Assembly (NCBI GenBank): GCA_018657385.1
Contig: JABHXF010000028.1
Span: forward strand, 1,472-65,471
From: Candidatus Woesearchaeota archaeon
GTDB lineage: Archaea > Nanobdellota > Nanobdellia > Woesearchaeales > DSVV01
Length of the DNA: 64,000 bases
Direction of reading: 5' to 3'
The translations under genes and the position numbers were made by a program. This document shows, in pieces, positions 36,766 through 46,524 of the stretch. The notes under the pieces were generated by a model. It saw nothing but the letters and a program-made list of their open reading frames with translations. It did not search any database and was not told the DNA's origin. How positions within the stretch are numbered: the first letter of the stretch is position 1; every line of letters begins with the position of its first letter.

Positions 36766-37845
36766 ATGGACTTTATCGTAAAAAACGCAATGGAAAACCA
36801 GAGTGCCTATACTGGACAATTTGAAGTAGGACAAGCTAACATCAAAGTTATTGGCTGCGGAGGCGCAGGAAATAATATGGTAAATTGGCTGTACAAAAAA
36901 GGAATTAAGGGTGCAGAAATTATTGCATGTAATACAGACAAACAACATCTAGATGTTACTGAAGCTGATAAAAAATTCTTAATTGGTAAAGAAGTTACTA
37001 AAGGTTTAGGATGTGGAGGATTTCCACAAAAAGGAGCTGAATCAGCTCAAGAATCCATAAACGAGATTAAAGAAACTATCAAAGGTTCAGATATGATCTT
37101 TGTTTGCGCAGGAATGGGTGGTGGAACTGGAACAGGCTCTGCACCAATAGTAGCTGCTGCAGCAAGAGATACAGGATCAATTGTTATTGGTACAGTAACA
37201 ATGCCATTTAAAATTGAAAGAGCTAGAGTAGACAAAGCAGAATTTGGATTAGCAAAATTAAGAGAAGTTTCTGACACAGTTATTGTAATTGACAATAATA
37301 GATTAGTACAAATCGCAGGAAACTTACCTATTCAACAAGCTTTTGCAGTTGCTAATGAATTAATCGCAACAATGATCAAAGGTATTGTTGAAACAATTGC
37401 AGTTCCAAGTTTAGTTAACTTAGACTTTGCAGACGTTAAAACAATCATGACAAACGGCGGTGTAGCAGCAATTGGTGTCGGTGCATCTGATACAAACAAC
37501 AGAGTTGATGAAGCAGTTAATGGTGCTTTAAGTAATCCATTATTAGACATCAATTATGAAGGTGCAACAGGAGCATTAATCCATGTACATGGTGGACCAG
37601 ACCTAACATTAGAAGAAATCAATAAGGTTGGAGAGCTAGTTACAGATAGTATGGATGACGACGCAAACTGCATCTGGGGTGCAAGAGTTAGTGATGAAAT
37701 GAAAGGCAGATTAACTGTTATGACAATCATCACAGGTGTTAAATCTCCCTGGATTTTAGGAAAAGAAGCTCATAGAAATAACAAAGAGTATGAAAGTGAA
37801 ATGCAAGAGTTAAATGATGAGCTAGGCATCGAAGTTATCAGGTAG
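36766..37845 (+). CDS. ftsZ: Cell division GTPase FtsZ
   Basis: 359 aa with GCGGAGNN, the tubulin signature GMGGGTGTGSAP and NLDFADV. A GGGGAGGGG Shine-Dalgarno sequence lies upstream. Confidence 0.95.
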   Translation: MDFIVKNAMENQSAYTGQFEVGQANIKVIGCGGAGNNMVNWLYKKGIKGAEIIACNTDKQHLDVTEADKKFLIGKEVTKGLGCGGFPQKGAESAQESINEIKETIKGSDMIFVCAGMGGGTGTGSAPIVAAAARDTGSIVIGTVTMPFKIERARVDKAEFGLAKLREVSDTVIVIDNNRLVQIAGNLPIQQAFAVANELIATMIKGIVETIAVPSLVNLDFADVKTIMTNGGVAAIGVGASDTNNRVDEAVNGALSNPLLDINYEGATGALIHVHGGPDLTLEEINKVGELVTDSMDDDANCIWGARVSDEMKGRLTVMTIITGVKSPWILGKEAHRNNKEYESEMQELNDELGIEVIR

Positions 37846-37969
37846 ATTACCTGATTTTTTTATTTTATTTTTTTATTAAATATTTTATCATAATTACTCA
37901 TAATCATTAGGTAAAAACAATTCATGCTCATACCCTTTTTAGGGTCTTTGTGTGGTGTAAGAAGTTCTT

Positions 37970-38013
37970 GCCTTCAGGTTTTTGTCACCCCCGACACTCC
38001 AACGCCTGAAGGC
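37970..38013 (+). other. GC-rich hairpin island (candidate small RNA or terminator)
   Basis: GCCTTCAGG-N26-CCTGAAGGC forms a 9-bp stem, preceded by a small ACCC-TTTTTA-GGGT hairpin at 37932-37945. It lies 125 nt downstream of ftsZ. Confidence 0.3.
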
Positions 38014-38075
38014 ACTTTTATTCTGTAGATTTTAGAGTATAAATATTTATATACATCATATTATTTCCTTTCTTT

Positions 38076-38561
38076 ATGAATGTAGAAACTACAAAAACAC
38101 AACTATATTTAGTAAGAACACAAGTAGATGCTACTTTTCTTGATAGAGAGTATAGAATAAAACATCCTTCTGAGACAAGAGAACAACAAGTAGATTTAGT
38201 TAGGAAAATTAGTAGAAGATTAAATGAAGAAGGATATGAGAGCTTTGCACCCCCTTTCTTAGGATTATTAGAAGATGGAAGATATGTAATCCCTGTTAAT
38301 TTTCAACTATGTGCTTATGGTGTTATTAAAGATGGTGTTTCTAAAAATCATTTTAGTGGCCATGAAAGACAACTTGTTGAGTTTATTGATGGGCTTGTCC
38401 AAGGAATAATTCCTGATGCACCCATTTGGTGCAGAAAAATAGGGGCAATTGTTGAATATTCTGATAAACCATTGTTAGAAACACACGTTACAAATGAAGA
38501 AAAATGTATCATTGCTGAACTTTCTAAAAGGTATGAAATAGTCAATATAACTCTAAATTAA
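38076..38561 (+). CDS. Hypothetical protein
   Basis: 161-aa ORF. No motif recognised. Confidence 0.4.
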   Translation: MNVETTKTQLYLVRTQVDATFLDREYRIKHPSETREQQVDLVRKISRRLNEEGYESFAPPFLGLLEDGRYVIPVNFQLCAYGVIKDGVSKNHFSGHERQLVEFIDGLVQGIIPDAPIWCRKIGAIVEYSDKPLLETHVTNEEKCIIAELSKRYEIVNITLN

Positions 38562-38598
38562 GTTAAACTTTATAAATAAAACATCATTATTTCTATAT

Positions 38599-39417
38599 AT
38601 GCTATACTTAATTGGATTAGGATTAGGAAATGAAAAAGATATTACAATTAATGGTCTAGAAGCTGTTAAAGAATGTGATGTTGTGTATTTAGAAAACTAT
38701 ACTTCTAGATTGCAATGTGATGTTAGTAAATTAGAGAAGTTGTATGGGAAAAAGATTATTCTTGCAGAAAGATGTGATATTGAGGGAGAAGAAAGCAAAG
38801 GTAAAAATCCAATCCTAGAAAATGCAAAAGCAAAGATAAAAGATGAAAAAACAGGAAAAGAAAGAACAAAAAAAGTTGCTTTATTAGTTATTGGTGATCC
38901 AATGGGAGCTACAACCCACACAGACATGTTGTTGAGATGTAAAAGATTAGAAATTGAATTTAAAGTTATACATAATGTTTCTATACTAAATGCAGTTGGA
39001 ATTGTTGGGTTAGAATTGTATAAGTATGGGAAAACAACTTCTATTCCATTTCCAGAACCTAATTTCCAACCAGAAACAGCTTATGATGTCTATAAACTAA
39101 ATAAAAGAAATGATATGCATACATTATGTCTTCTTGATTTAAGACCAAGTGAAGAAAGATTTATGACAGTGAATGATGGAATTAAAATAATATTAGACAT
39201 TGGTAAGAAAAGAGTCAAAGACAAAATAGAAAAGAAAGCATTATTCCGAGAAGATACTTTCTGCATTGGATGTGCAAGAATTGGTAGTGATAATTTTATT
39301 AAAGCTGGAAAAGCTAAAGATTTATTAGATGTTGATTTTGGTAAACCACCACATTGCTTAATTATTCCTGGAAAACTACACTTTGTAGAGGAAGATGCAA
39401 TGAAGTTGTGGGAATAA
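38599..39417 (+). CDS. dph5: Diphthine synthase
   Basis: 272 aa with a tetrapyrrole-methylase fold. It starts MLYLIGLGLG and contains LVIGDPMGATTH. This family is restricted to archaea and eukaryotes. Confidence 0.85.
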   Translation: MLYLIGLGLGNEKDITINGLEAVKECDVVYLENYTSRLQCDVSKLEKLYGKKIILAERCDIEGEESKGKNPILENAKAKIKDEKTGKERTKKVALLVIGDPMGATTHTDMLLRCKRLEIEFKVIHNVSILNAVGIVGLELYKYGKTTSIPFPEPNFQPETAYDVYKLNKRNDMHTLCLLDLRPSEERFMTVNDGIKIILDIGKKRVKDKIEKKALFREDTFCIGCARIGSDNFIKAGKAKDLLDVDFGKPPHCLIIPGKLHFVEEDAMKLWE

Positions 39418-39491
39418 ATAAAAAATAATTTTTTCTTCATTAAAATATAGACAACATTAAGTAGTATTGATATTAGAATTATTTAATTAAA

Positions 39492-40034
39492 TTAAACATT
39501 GGCTCTATTTCTTAACCCCCTTATTAAAAAGAATACTACAATTATAATTATTACTGCTGCTAACCAACCTGCTTCTGTTAATGCACCTATAACATCAAAG
39601 AATTGTGGTGGAGAAGGACACATTTGCATATAATAACCAGACTTTGCAGCAACAAAACTATAAGCAATAAATGCAATTGAGAATACTGCTGCAATCCCCA
39701 TCCATAACTTTGATAATTGTGATCTTAGCCCAACAAAGACAAGAATAATCATGAAAGTAAATGCAGCCATGATCATTAATCCAAACTGAGGCATTACATT
39801 GTTAATTATAATAACAAGATCATAACATGGAGGATATGTTCCTGTAAGATGAGGAACAATAACAAGTAAAGATAAAATAAAAGAGACTGCAATTGCTTGA
39901 TTTTTTTTGAATACCTGTGTTGTATTTAAAGCTGCATACAAGATTACAAATAATAAGAAAAAAGGTAAGATTACATCAATACCTGCAATTTCTCTAGGAT
40001 AAGCTAAATAATAAATAACAGTGTCCCATGACAT
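39492..40034 (-). CDS. Polytopic membrane protein (hypothetical)
   Basis: 180 aa with about 5 hydrophobic segments. Confidence 0.45.
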   Translation of the reverse strand: MSWDTVIYYLAYPREIAGIDVILPFFLLFVILYAALNTTQVFKKNQAIAVSFILSLLVIVPHLTGTYPPCYDLVIIINNVMPQFGLMIMAAFTFMIILVFVGLRSQLSKLWMGIAAVFSIAFIAYSFVAAKSGYYMQMCPSPPQFFDVIGALTEAGWLAAVIIIIVVFFLIRGLRNRANV

Positions 40035-40136
40035 AATGTGAATTATTAGGATTATTGTTTATATATGTTGTTGTTTTAAGATTTATTATGAAAGTAGGGA
40101 TAATATATATAAATACTAAGCTACTTTTCTCTATCT

Positions 40137-41135
40137 ATGATAGTCTTAGGGATTGAATCAACTGCACATACATTTGGAATTGGTATTGTAAATGATTCTA
40201 GAAAAGGAGAAAAGAAAGTATTAGCTAATGTTAAAGATACTTTCACAACTAAAAAAGGTGGTATAATCCCTGCAAAAGCAGCTGACCACCATGTTGATGT
40301 ATGTGATATTGTATTAAAAGATGCTTTGGCTATTGCTAAACTTAAATTAGAAGATGTTAATGTTATTGCATATTCTCAATCACCAGGAATTGGACATTGT
40401 TTAAAAATAGGAGCAATGTTTGCGAGAAGTTTGTCTGCTAAATACAATAAACCTTTAGTTGGAGTGAATCATTGTATTGCTCATTTGGAAATAGGAAGAC
40501 TTGTTACTTCTGCTAAGGATCCTGTTTTATTATATTTGTCAGGAGCAAACACACAAGTAATTGCATATGAAGGAAAAAAATATAGAATATTTGGAGAAAC
40601 TTTAGACATGGGTATTGGTAATTTCCTTGATAGTTTTGCAAGAGATTTAGGTTTAGGTTTTCCAGGTGGACCTGTTGTTGAAATATTTGCTAAAAAAGGA
40701 AAATATGTTGAACTTCCTTATTCTGTGAAAGGTATGGATATGAACTTTGGTGGAATGCTTACTAATCTTAAACAAAAAATTAAATCTGGAAAGTATAAGA
40801 AAGAAGATTTATGTTATTCTATTCAAGAAACTGCTTTTGCAATGATGGTTGAAGTTGCAGAAAGAGCTCTTGCACACTGTGATAAAAAAGAATTATTATT
40901 AGGTGGCGGAGTCGCATGTAATAAACGATTACAAGAGATGTGTAATAAGATGTGTAAAGCTCGAGGAGCAAAAATGTTTGTACCAGCTAATGAATTCCTT
41001 GTAGATAATGCAGCAATGATAGCTTGGCTTGGTTTATTACAGTTTAAAGCTGGTGATAAGTTGAAGATAGAAAAAGCAGATATTAAACCTTATCTAAGAA
41101 CAGATGAAATTGAAGTTAAATGGCGAAAAGATTAA
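40137..41135 (+). CDS. kae1: tRNA N6-adenosine threonylcarbamoyltransferase Kae1
   Basis: 332 aa. It starts MIVLGIESTAHTFGIGIV, and GVNHCIAHLE carries the metal-binding His pair. It has the ASKHA fold. Confidence 0.9.
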   Translation: MIVLGIESTAHTFGIGIVNDSRKGEKKVLANVKDTFTTKKGGIIPAKAADHHVDVCDIVLKDALAIAKLKLEDVNVIAYSQSPGIGHCLKIGAMFARSLSAKYNKPLVGVNHCIAHLEIGRLVTSAKDPVLLYLSGANTQVIAYEGKKYRIFGETLDMGIGNFLDSFARDLGLGFPGGPVVEIFAKKGKYVELPYSVKGMDMNFGGMLTNLKQKIKSGKYKKEDLCYSIQETAFAMMVEVAERALAHCDKKELLLGGGVACNKRLQEMCNKMCKARGAKMFVPANEFLVDNAAMIAWLGLLQFKAGDKLKIEKADIKPYLRTDEIEVKWRKD

Positions 41136-41149
41136 TTCTTTGTTTTTTA

Positions 41150-41181
41150 CTAGGTCCTGAGGACATGTTTCCCGTGATTTT
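41150..41181 (+). terminator. GGACCTAG box, copy 5
   Basis: The plus strand reads CTAGGTCCTGAGGACATGTTTCCCGTGATTTT, starting 14 nt after the kae1 stop and followed by AATTTTT. Confidence 0.45.
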
Positions 41182-41214
41182 AATTTTTCATTAGTTTTAT
41201 TACGTTAATAGAAA

Positions 41215-41299
41215 AAATAACAACAACCATGGCACAGACGGACTTTTCTTTCAGAAAAATCCTACTCGCCTAACGGCTCGCCTGGCCAAGTTGTTATTT
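41215..41299 (-). ncRNA. Family 1 structured element, copy D
   Basis: The minus strand has P1 GGCCAGGC/GUCUG-U-GCC, in which the G-C pair of copy A is replaced by A-U. P2 is GCC-GUUA-GGC, the junction is GAGUA, and P3 is GGAUUUUUC-UGAAA-GAAAAGUCC. Confidence 0.65.
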
Positions 41300-41322
41300 T
41301 CTCATCCAGTAATGTTATGAGA

Positions 41323-41355
41323 TTTAAAGATTCGCTTGGCCAAATTGTTGGATTT
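41323..41355 (-). repeat. Truncated 5' half-copy of family 1 (D')
   Basis: The minus strand reads AAATCCAACAATTTGGCCAAGCGAATCTTTAAA, which is an outer-stem 5' arm plus a P1 5' arm only. A 6-bp hairpin (TCTCAT...ATGAGA) and then copy D follow. Confidence 0.5.
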
Positions 41356-41391
41356 AAAAAGACATTATATAAATTAGAATAAAAAGAAAAG

Positions 41392-43344
41392 CTACATCTT
41401 TAAAATCTTCTTCAATATTTTTTCTTTGCCTTTCCAGTCTAATACTTCCTTAAGAACTTCTGATAATTTAGTTACTGGAATAATTCTTATTTTATTTAAT
41501 TTATCTGAAGATAATACAATGTCTCGTAAATTAGATTTTGGAACAATTACATTTTCAATACCTGCATCAACTGCTGCTTCTACCTTTGCAGATAACCCAC
41601 CAATAGGCAATACATCTCCTCTAACAGACAAAGAACCAGTCATTGCATAGTTTTGTTTAACTGGAATTCCTTTTAATGCTGAGATTACAGAGGTTGCAAC
41701 TGCTATACTAGCAGAGTCTCCTTCAACACCTTCATAAGTTTGTAAAAACTGAACATAAAGATCATATTTTTCTCTAATATCATCTCCAAAATATTTTTTA
41801 ATAATTGCAGTAACATTCTTGACAGCTTCTTTTGCTATTTCTCCTAGCTTACCTGTTGCAACTATCTCTCTTTCTTTACCACCAGGAGTTACTTCTGATT
41901 CAATTGGTAAAATAATTCCTGAAAACGCACCTTCACCACCAATTACAGCTAAACCATTAACTCTTCCAACATATTTCCCTGTTACTCTTATTACTTCATA
42001 TTCTTTTTTTCTCTCAATATATTTATCAGCTAATTGTTGTTCAAGAGTTCTTGCAATCATTTTTGCATCTTTAATATGTTGTTTAGTTACAAGCTTTGCA
42101 CCTTTTTCTAAAGCAAGGTCACCAGATGCTCTTACTAGACCTCCAAGTTCCCTTAATCTTAAAGTTAAATGATCTTTTCTGTTTGCTCTTTTTCTTGCTT
42201 CTTCAATAATCTCTAAAATTGCTTCTTTGTTAAAATGAGGTATTTTACCATCTTTTATTACTTCTTGTGCTATGAATCTTGCTATTGTAAAACGATTTTC
42301 TTTTGTATCTTCCATAGTATCTTTCATATAAACTTCATAACCATATCCACGAATTCTTGAACGTAATGCAGGATGCATTTTCTTAACTGTTTCTAAATTT
42401 CCTGCAGCAATTAAAACAAATTTACATGGAACAGGTTCTGTTCTAACCATTGCTCCTGCAGATCTTTCAGACTGACCAGTAATAGAATATTTACCTTCTT
42501 GTAATGCAGTTAATAATTCCTGTTGTGTATGTGGTTGTAATGTTGCAATTTCATCTACAAACAAAACACCAAGATGAGCTTTATGAATCATTCCTGCAAC
42601 TACTCTTTCATTTGAAGGTGTCCCTAAACCACCAGATTGGAAAGGATCGTGAAGTACATCTCCTAATAATGCACCTGCGTGAGCACCTGTTGCATCAAAA
42701 AATGGTACTTTACTTTTGTTAAAATTGTCAACAACTAATTTTGGTTTGTTTCCATTTCTAGATCCACCCATCTTTTTTCCAAAATTAAGAAACATTACAA
42801 ATGCAACTAAGAAAAACATACCACCAATAAAAAATGCAGTAAACATAATTGCAGCAGCTGTTGCTCCTAACTTTTCTTCATAAACTTTTAATATCCACCA
42901 TGGTGCTAACATTGCCAAGATTGCTAAGAAAAACATTAAGAAGTTTTGATTCTTAAACATCTTGCTGCCTTCCATTTTTGATCGTACCACTTCTTCTCTT
43001 CCTCTTCCTGCAGGAACTGTTCTAATCATTGGCTTGTTTTCATCATTTGGATTAGGATAAGAAATAATATCAACTAATTTTTCTTTAGGAAGAAGCTCAG
43101 CTAATGCTAAACCTAACATAGACTTACCTGTTCCAGGTTCACCTATTAGAAAAACATGTCTTCTTTGAGAAGCTGCCTTCCTCATTACTTCTACAGCATC
43201 ATCTTGACCAATAACTTGATCAAGAATTTTTTTAGGAACTTTTATCTCTTTAGTACTAGAAATATCTAGATTAAGATTTGGTAAAACTTTTTTTTCTGAT
43301 TGTTCTTTTTTTAATAGTTTTTTCCTAACCTTTGATTTAACCAT
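41392..43344 (-). CDS. lonB: Archaeal membrane-bound Lon protease (LonB)
   Basis: 650 aa. GEPGTGKS is the Walker A motif, two TM helices are inserted in the AAA+ module, and EGDSASIA carries the proteolytic Ser. Confidence 0.9.
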   Translation of the reverse strand: MVKSKVRKKLLKKEQSEKKVLPNLNLDISSTKEIKVPKKILDQVIGQDDAVEVMRKAASQRRHVFLIGEPGTGKSMLGLALAELLPKEKLVDIISYPNPNDENKPMIRTVPAGRGREEVVRSKMEGSKMFKNQNFLMFFLAILAMLAPWWILKVYEEKLGATAAAIMFTAFFIGGMFFLVAFVMFLNFGKKMGGSRNGNKPKLVVDNFNKSKVPFFDATGAHAGALLGDVLHDPFQSGGLGTPSNERVVAGMIHKAHLGVLFVDEIATLQPHTQQELLTALQEGKYSITGQSERSAGAMVRTEPVPCKFVLIAAGNLETVKKMHPALRSRIRGYGYEVYMKDTMEDTKENRFTIARFIAQEVIKDGKIPHFNKEAILEIIEEARKRANRKDHLTLRLRELGGLVRASGDLALEKGAKLVTKQHIKDAKMIARTLEQQLADKYIERKKEYEVIRVTGKYVGRVNGLAVIGGEGAFSGIILPIESEVTPGGKEREIVATGKLGEIAKEAVKNVTAIIKKYFGDDIREKYDLYVQFLQTYEGVEGDSASIAVATSVISALKGIPVKQNYAMTGSLSVRGDVLPIGGLSAKVEAAVDAGIENVIVPKSNLRDIVLSSDKLNKIRIIPVTKLSEVLKEVLDWKGKEKILKKILKM

Positions 43345-43521
43345 GTGATTATTTAATTATTTACCTATTTATATAACTTTTGGAACAGGCATATTTTTAT
43401 TATTGAGGTATAGTGATTTTTACTAATTTACTAAAACTTAAACAAAAGATTTATATATGAAATTAATATGCAGATTATATATTAGAATACTTAATAATTA
43501 TAGTTTCAGGAGGAATGAAAA

Positions 43522-43920
43522 ATGGTGAAGAGAATATTAGAAAAATTCAAAAGGTCTTTTGGCACAGATGAGCCAGATATCGATGAAGTAGAAGATGAAT
43601 ATGTAGAATTAGATGTTTTAGGTGGCGGAGAAGAGAAAAAAAATAAAGTTATTGTTAGACCTTTCGTAATTGATGACTTTTCTGATATTAAACCAGTATT
43701 AGATTGTTTAAGAATAGGAACTACAATTTGCTTAGTTAATATCAAACCACTAAAAAATAAAGATTTAGTTGAGCTAAAAAGAGCAATTAACAAGCTGAAA
43801 AAGACATGTGATGCAATTGAAGGTGACATTGCTGGCTTTGGTGATGACTATCTTGTTGTAACTCCAAGCTTTGCCTCTATTCATAGATCAAAAGATATGA
43901 ATGTTGTAAGAGAAGAATAA
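43522..43920 (+). CDS. sepF: SepF-like cell division protein
   Basis: 132 aa. The layout VIVRPFVIDDFSDIKPVLDCLRIGTTICLVNIKPL ... GDIAGFGDDYLVVTP matches SepF/DUF552. Confidence 0.7.
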   Translation: MVKRILEKFKRSFGTDEPDIDEVEDEYVELDVLGGGEEKKNKVIVRPFVIDDFSDIKPVLDCLRIGTTICLVNIKPLKNKDLVELKRAINKLKKTCDAIEGDIAGFGDDYLVVTPSFASIHRSKDMNVVREE

Positions 43921-44012
43921 GTTTTTTATTTTAGTTTTTCTTTCTAATTTTTTTATTTATTATGTTGTTACACATCAAAAAATATTTAAACCCCTAATAG
44001 TTTGCTTAGATT

Positions 44013-44570
44013 ATGGCTGAAAAGAAAACAATTAAATCTGGAAATGATCAAATAGATGTTTTAGAAAATCAAAAATGTCCTATGTGTATGAAAAATACAC
44101 TAACTTTATTAGAAAGTGAGAAGGATATACCTTATTTTGGTAGAGTTTTCTTGTTTTCTATGGATTGTTCAAATAAGGCATGTAATTATCATAAAGCAGA
44201 CCTTGAAGCAGCTGAAAGACAAGAGCCATGCAAATATACATTTGATGTTAAAACTGAAGATGATCTTAAAGTAAGAGTTGTAAAAAGTGGAGAAGCTCTT
44301 GTTAAAATTCCTAGAATTATGTCAATTGAACCAGGATCTGCATCTAATGGTTATGTAACAAATGTTGAAGGTATTCTTAATAGAGTTAAAATGATGCTTG
44401 AGAAAACAAGAGATGACGCTGATGATAAATCAGATCGTAAGAAAGCAAAAAACATGTTAAAAAAAGTACAAGATGCATTATGGGGAAGAGGCGAAATCAA
44501 GATTATTCTTGAGGATAAGTCTGGCAATAGTGCAATTATTTCTGAGAAAGCAGTTAAGAGTAAGCTTTAG
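44013..44570 (+). CDS. ZPR1-type zinc finger protein
   Basis: 185 aa. CPMCMKNTL ... IPYFGRVFLFSMDCSNKACNY is the ZPR1 zinc-finger module. Confidence 0.65.
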   Translation: MAEKKTIKSGNDQIDVLENQKCPMCMKNTLTLLESEKDIPYFGRVFLFSMDCSNKACNYHKADLEAAERQEPCKYTFDVKTEDDLKVRVVKSGEALVKIPRIMSIEPGSASNGYVTNVEGILNRVKMMLEKTRDDADDKSDRKKAKNMLKKVQDALWGRGEIKIILEDKSGNSAIISEKAVKSKL

Positions 44571-44592
44571 TATTTAATGTTCTCTGTATACA

Positions 44593-44656
44593 ACCAAAAA
44601 CATACCTTAATCCAAGATTAAGCTAGCTTTTGTATTTTCTTCAAAAATCCAAAAAC
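44593..44656 (+). promoter_or_regulatory. Family 2 block, copy 3
   Basis: AACCAAAAACATACCTTAATCCAAGATTAAGCTAGCTTTTGTATTTTCTTCAAAAATCCAAAAAC is followed by TTTATAAC and the signal peptidase ATG 35 nt later. Confidence 0.55.
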
Positions 44657-44690
44657 TTTATAACTAATACCTCAGAATCAACAATCTTAG

Positions 44691-45320
44691 ATGAAATTAA
44701 CAAAAGAAGACGTGAAAAGGGCTCTCAGAAAGACTTGGCATTTTATATGGGAAGAAGATAGTATATGGAGCTGGATTGTTAATATTGTCTTAGCTTTTGT
44801 GTTAATTAAATTCATTGTTTATCCAGGGTTAGGGTTTGCATTTGGTACATCTTATCCAATTGTAGCTGTTGTTTCAGGAAGTATGGAACATGATGGCAGC
44901 TTTGATAATTGGTGGGAAAGTGAAGCAAGATGTGAACAAGAATGTACACAAGAACAATGGTATGCACAATATGAAATTAATAAGGAGAATTTCAAAGATT
45001 TTAAATTAAAAAATGGATTTAACAAAGGTGATATTATATTTTTAAGAGGAGCAAAAAAAGCAGATGTTGGAGATGTGCTGGTGTTTATGTCACCTTATAA
45101 AAAAGAACCAATAATTCATAGAATTGTTGATATTGAAACTAGTGACAATGGAAAGGTTTACCAAACAAAAGGTGACCATAACGTCGCTGCTGGAAAGCAT
45201 GATAAAGATATTCAAGAAAAACAAGTTTTAGGAAAGTCTATGTTTAAAATCCCGTATCTTGGATGGATCAAGATTGGATTTGTTGAACTATTAGGCTTTT
45301 TTGGAATATATGTAAGTTAA
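44691..45320 (+). CDS. Signal peptidase I (archaeal Sec11/S26B type)
   Basis: 209 aa with an N-terminal TM segment. VSGSMEH carries the catalytic Ser box, and GDHN is the later conserved box. Confidence 0.8.
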   Translation: MKLTKEDVKRALRKTWHFIWEEDSIWSWIVNIVLAFVLIKFIVYPGLGFAFGTSYPIVAVVSGSMEHDGSFDNWWESEARCEQECTQEQWYAQYEINKENFKDFKLKNGFNKGDIIFLRGAKKADVGDVLVFMSPYKKEPIIHRIVDIETSDNGKVYQTKGDHNVAAGKHDKDIQEKQVLGKSMFKIPYLGWIKIGFVELLGFFGIYVS

Positions 45321-45321
45321 T

Positions 45322-45408
45322 AAGGTCTGGAAGGTTAGGAGTTTGGAAGGTCTGGAAGGTTTTTTACCTTCCTAACCCTCTAAACATTCCTAACCTTTCA
45401 AACCTTCA
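45322..45408. repeat. Long GT-rich/AC-rich palindrome (family 3, copy 4)
   Basis: GGTCTGGAAGGTTAGGAGTTTGGAAGGTCTGGAAGGT-TTTT-ACCTTCCTAACCCTCTAAACATTCCTAACCTTTCAAACC folds by hand into about 35 pairs with a few mismatches. Confidence 0.6.
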
Positions 45409-45424
45409 TGAAAGGTGATAAAGA

Positions 45425-45739
45425 ATGTTTTGCCCAAAATGTGGATCAATACTGATACCAAAAAATGATGGAAATAAAAAGATTTTGCATTGTAAATGCG
45501 GCTATACTAATTCAGAAGACATAAAAGACATGAAATTTACTGAAGTAGTTAAGAAAAAAAAAGAAATTGAAGTAGTGGATAAAGAAATAGAAACTAATCC
45601 ATTAACAGAAGCAGAGTGTCCTAAATGTCACAATAAAAAAGCAAGATATTGGACACAACAAACTAGAGCTGGAGACGAACCAGAAACTAAGTTCTATAAA
45701 TGTGAAAAATGTAAGCATGTTTGGCGTGATTATAGTTAA
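45425..45739 (+). CDS. tfs: Transcription factor S (TFS / RpoM-like)
   Basis: 104 aa. The N-terminal zinc ribbon is CPKCGS...CKCG. The C-terminal ribbon CPKC...QTRAGDEPETKFYKCEKCKHVWR carries the acidic DE loop. Confidence 0.9.
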   Translation: MFCPKCGSILIPKNDGNKKILHCKCGYTNSEDIKDMKFTEVVKKKKEIEVVDKEIETNPLTEAECPKCHNKKARYWTQQTRAGDEPETKFYKCEKCKHVWRDYS

Positions 45740-45803
45740 TTTTCTTTCTTTTTTATATTCCAAATAGTAAATTATATAAACCAGTATAGTTATTAGTATA
45801 CTT

Positions 45804-46361
45804 ATGTGGAAAAAGGTTTTAGAAACTAAAGATATAATGGCTTATGAGAAAAAACTAAATGAATTAGATGTAAGAATAGAAGCTAGACAAATAAATGATG
45901 AATGGAAAGTTTATGTGAAATATTTTAATTCTAAAATTAACTTTACAGATGAATATGATTGTGAAAATCTAGAGAAGACAAAAGAATTAATCTTTTGTTT
46001 GAAAAATACTGAACTTAAGTCTGTAAAAGAGATTATACAATTGAAACTTCAACAAAATAAAGAAGTAAAAATCAATTTAAAGAGAACAAATCGTGATTAT
46101 AATAGTGAATCATGGATATTTGGTATTAATGATGAAAGTCCTGATAATAAAGTTATAGTCAGAGAAACAGACTTTATTGAGGTAGAAGTTATCTTAGGTG
46201 AAATGTATAAAGTATATGAAGAACGAATTCTTGAAAAGTTAGTAGAGATGTTAGGGTTGAGTAACCAAGACGTTAAAACTAAAATAACTGTATATTATTG
46301 TAAGAAGAAAGTTAAATATTATCTAGAAGAAGGTTATATGGAAGAAGTACAGAAGTGTTAA
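45804..46361 (+). CDS. Hypothetical protein
   Basis: 185-aa ORF. No motif recognised. Confidence 0.4.
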   Translation: MWKKVLETKDIMAYEKKLNELDVRIEARQINDEWKVYVKYFNSKINFTDEYDCENLEKTKELIFCLKNTELKSVKEIIQLKLQQNKEVKINLKRTNRDYNSESWIFGINDESPDNKVIVRETDFIEVEVILGEMYKVYEERILEKLVEMLGLSNQDVKTKITVYYCKKKVKYYLEEGYMEEVQKC

Positions 46362-46420
46362 TTATTTATTCTATTAGTAATTTGATGAGAGACTATAATC
46401 TACTTTTTATTTGAAAAATA

Positions 46421-46515
46421 CAACAACAACATAGGCAAGAGACGGACATTTAAAAAATGTCCTAGGGGGCACCCCGAATGGGGCAACCCCCACCCCCTCT
46501 CTGCCTTTGTTGTTG
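46421..46515 (-). ncRNA. Family 1 structured element, copy E (long-P2 subtype)
   Basis: The minus strand has P1 GGCAGAGA/UCUCU-U-GCC. P2 is GGGGG-U-GGGGGUUG-CCCC-AUUC-GGGG-UG-CCCCC, then CUA, and P3 is GGACAUUU-UUU-AAAUGUCC. Confidence 0.6.
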
Positions 46516-46524
46516 CATTTTTAT

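Noticed and set aside
38599-39417. An approximately 30-aa Lys/Glu-rich insertion (EGEESKGKNPILENAKAKIKDEKTGKERTKK) in diphthine synthase as a notable feature.
   Set aside because: It is probably a lineage-specific surface loop. I cannot judge its rarity without an alignment, so I did not raise it as a finding.
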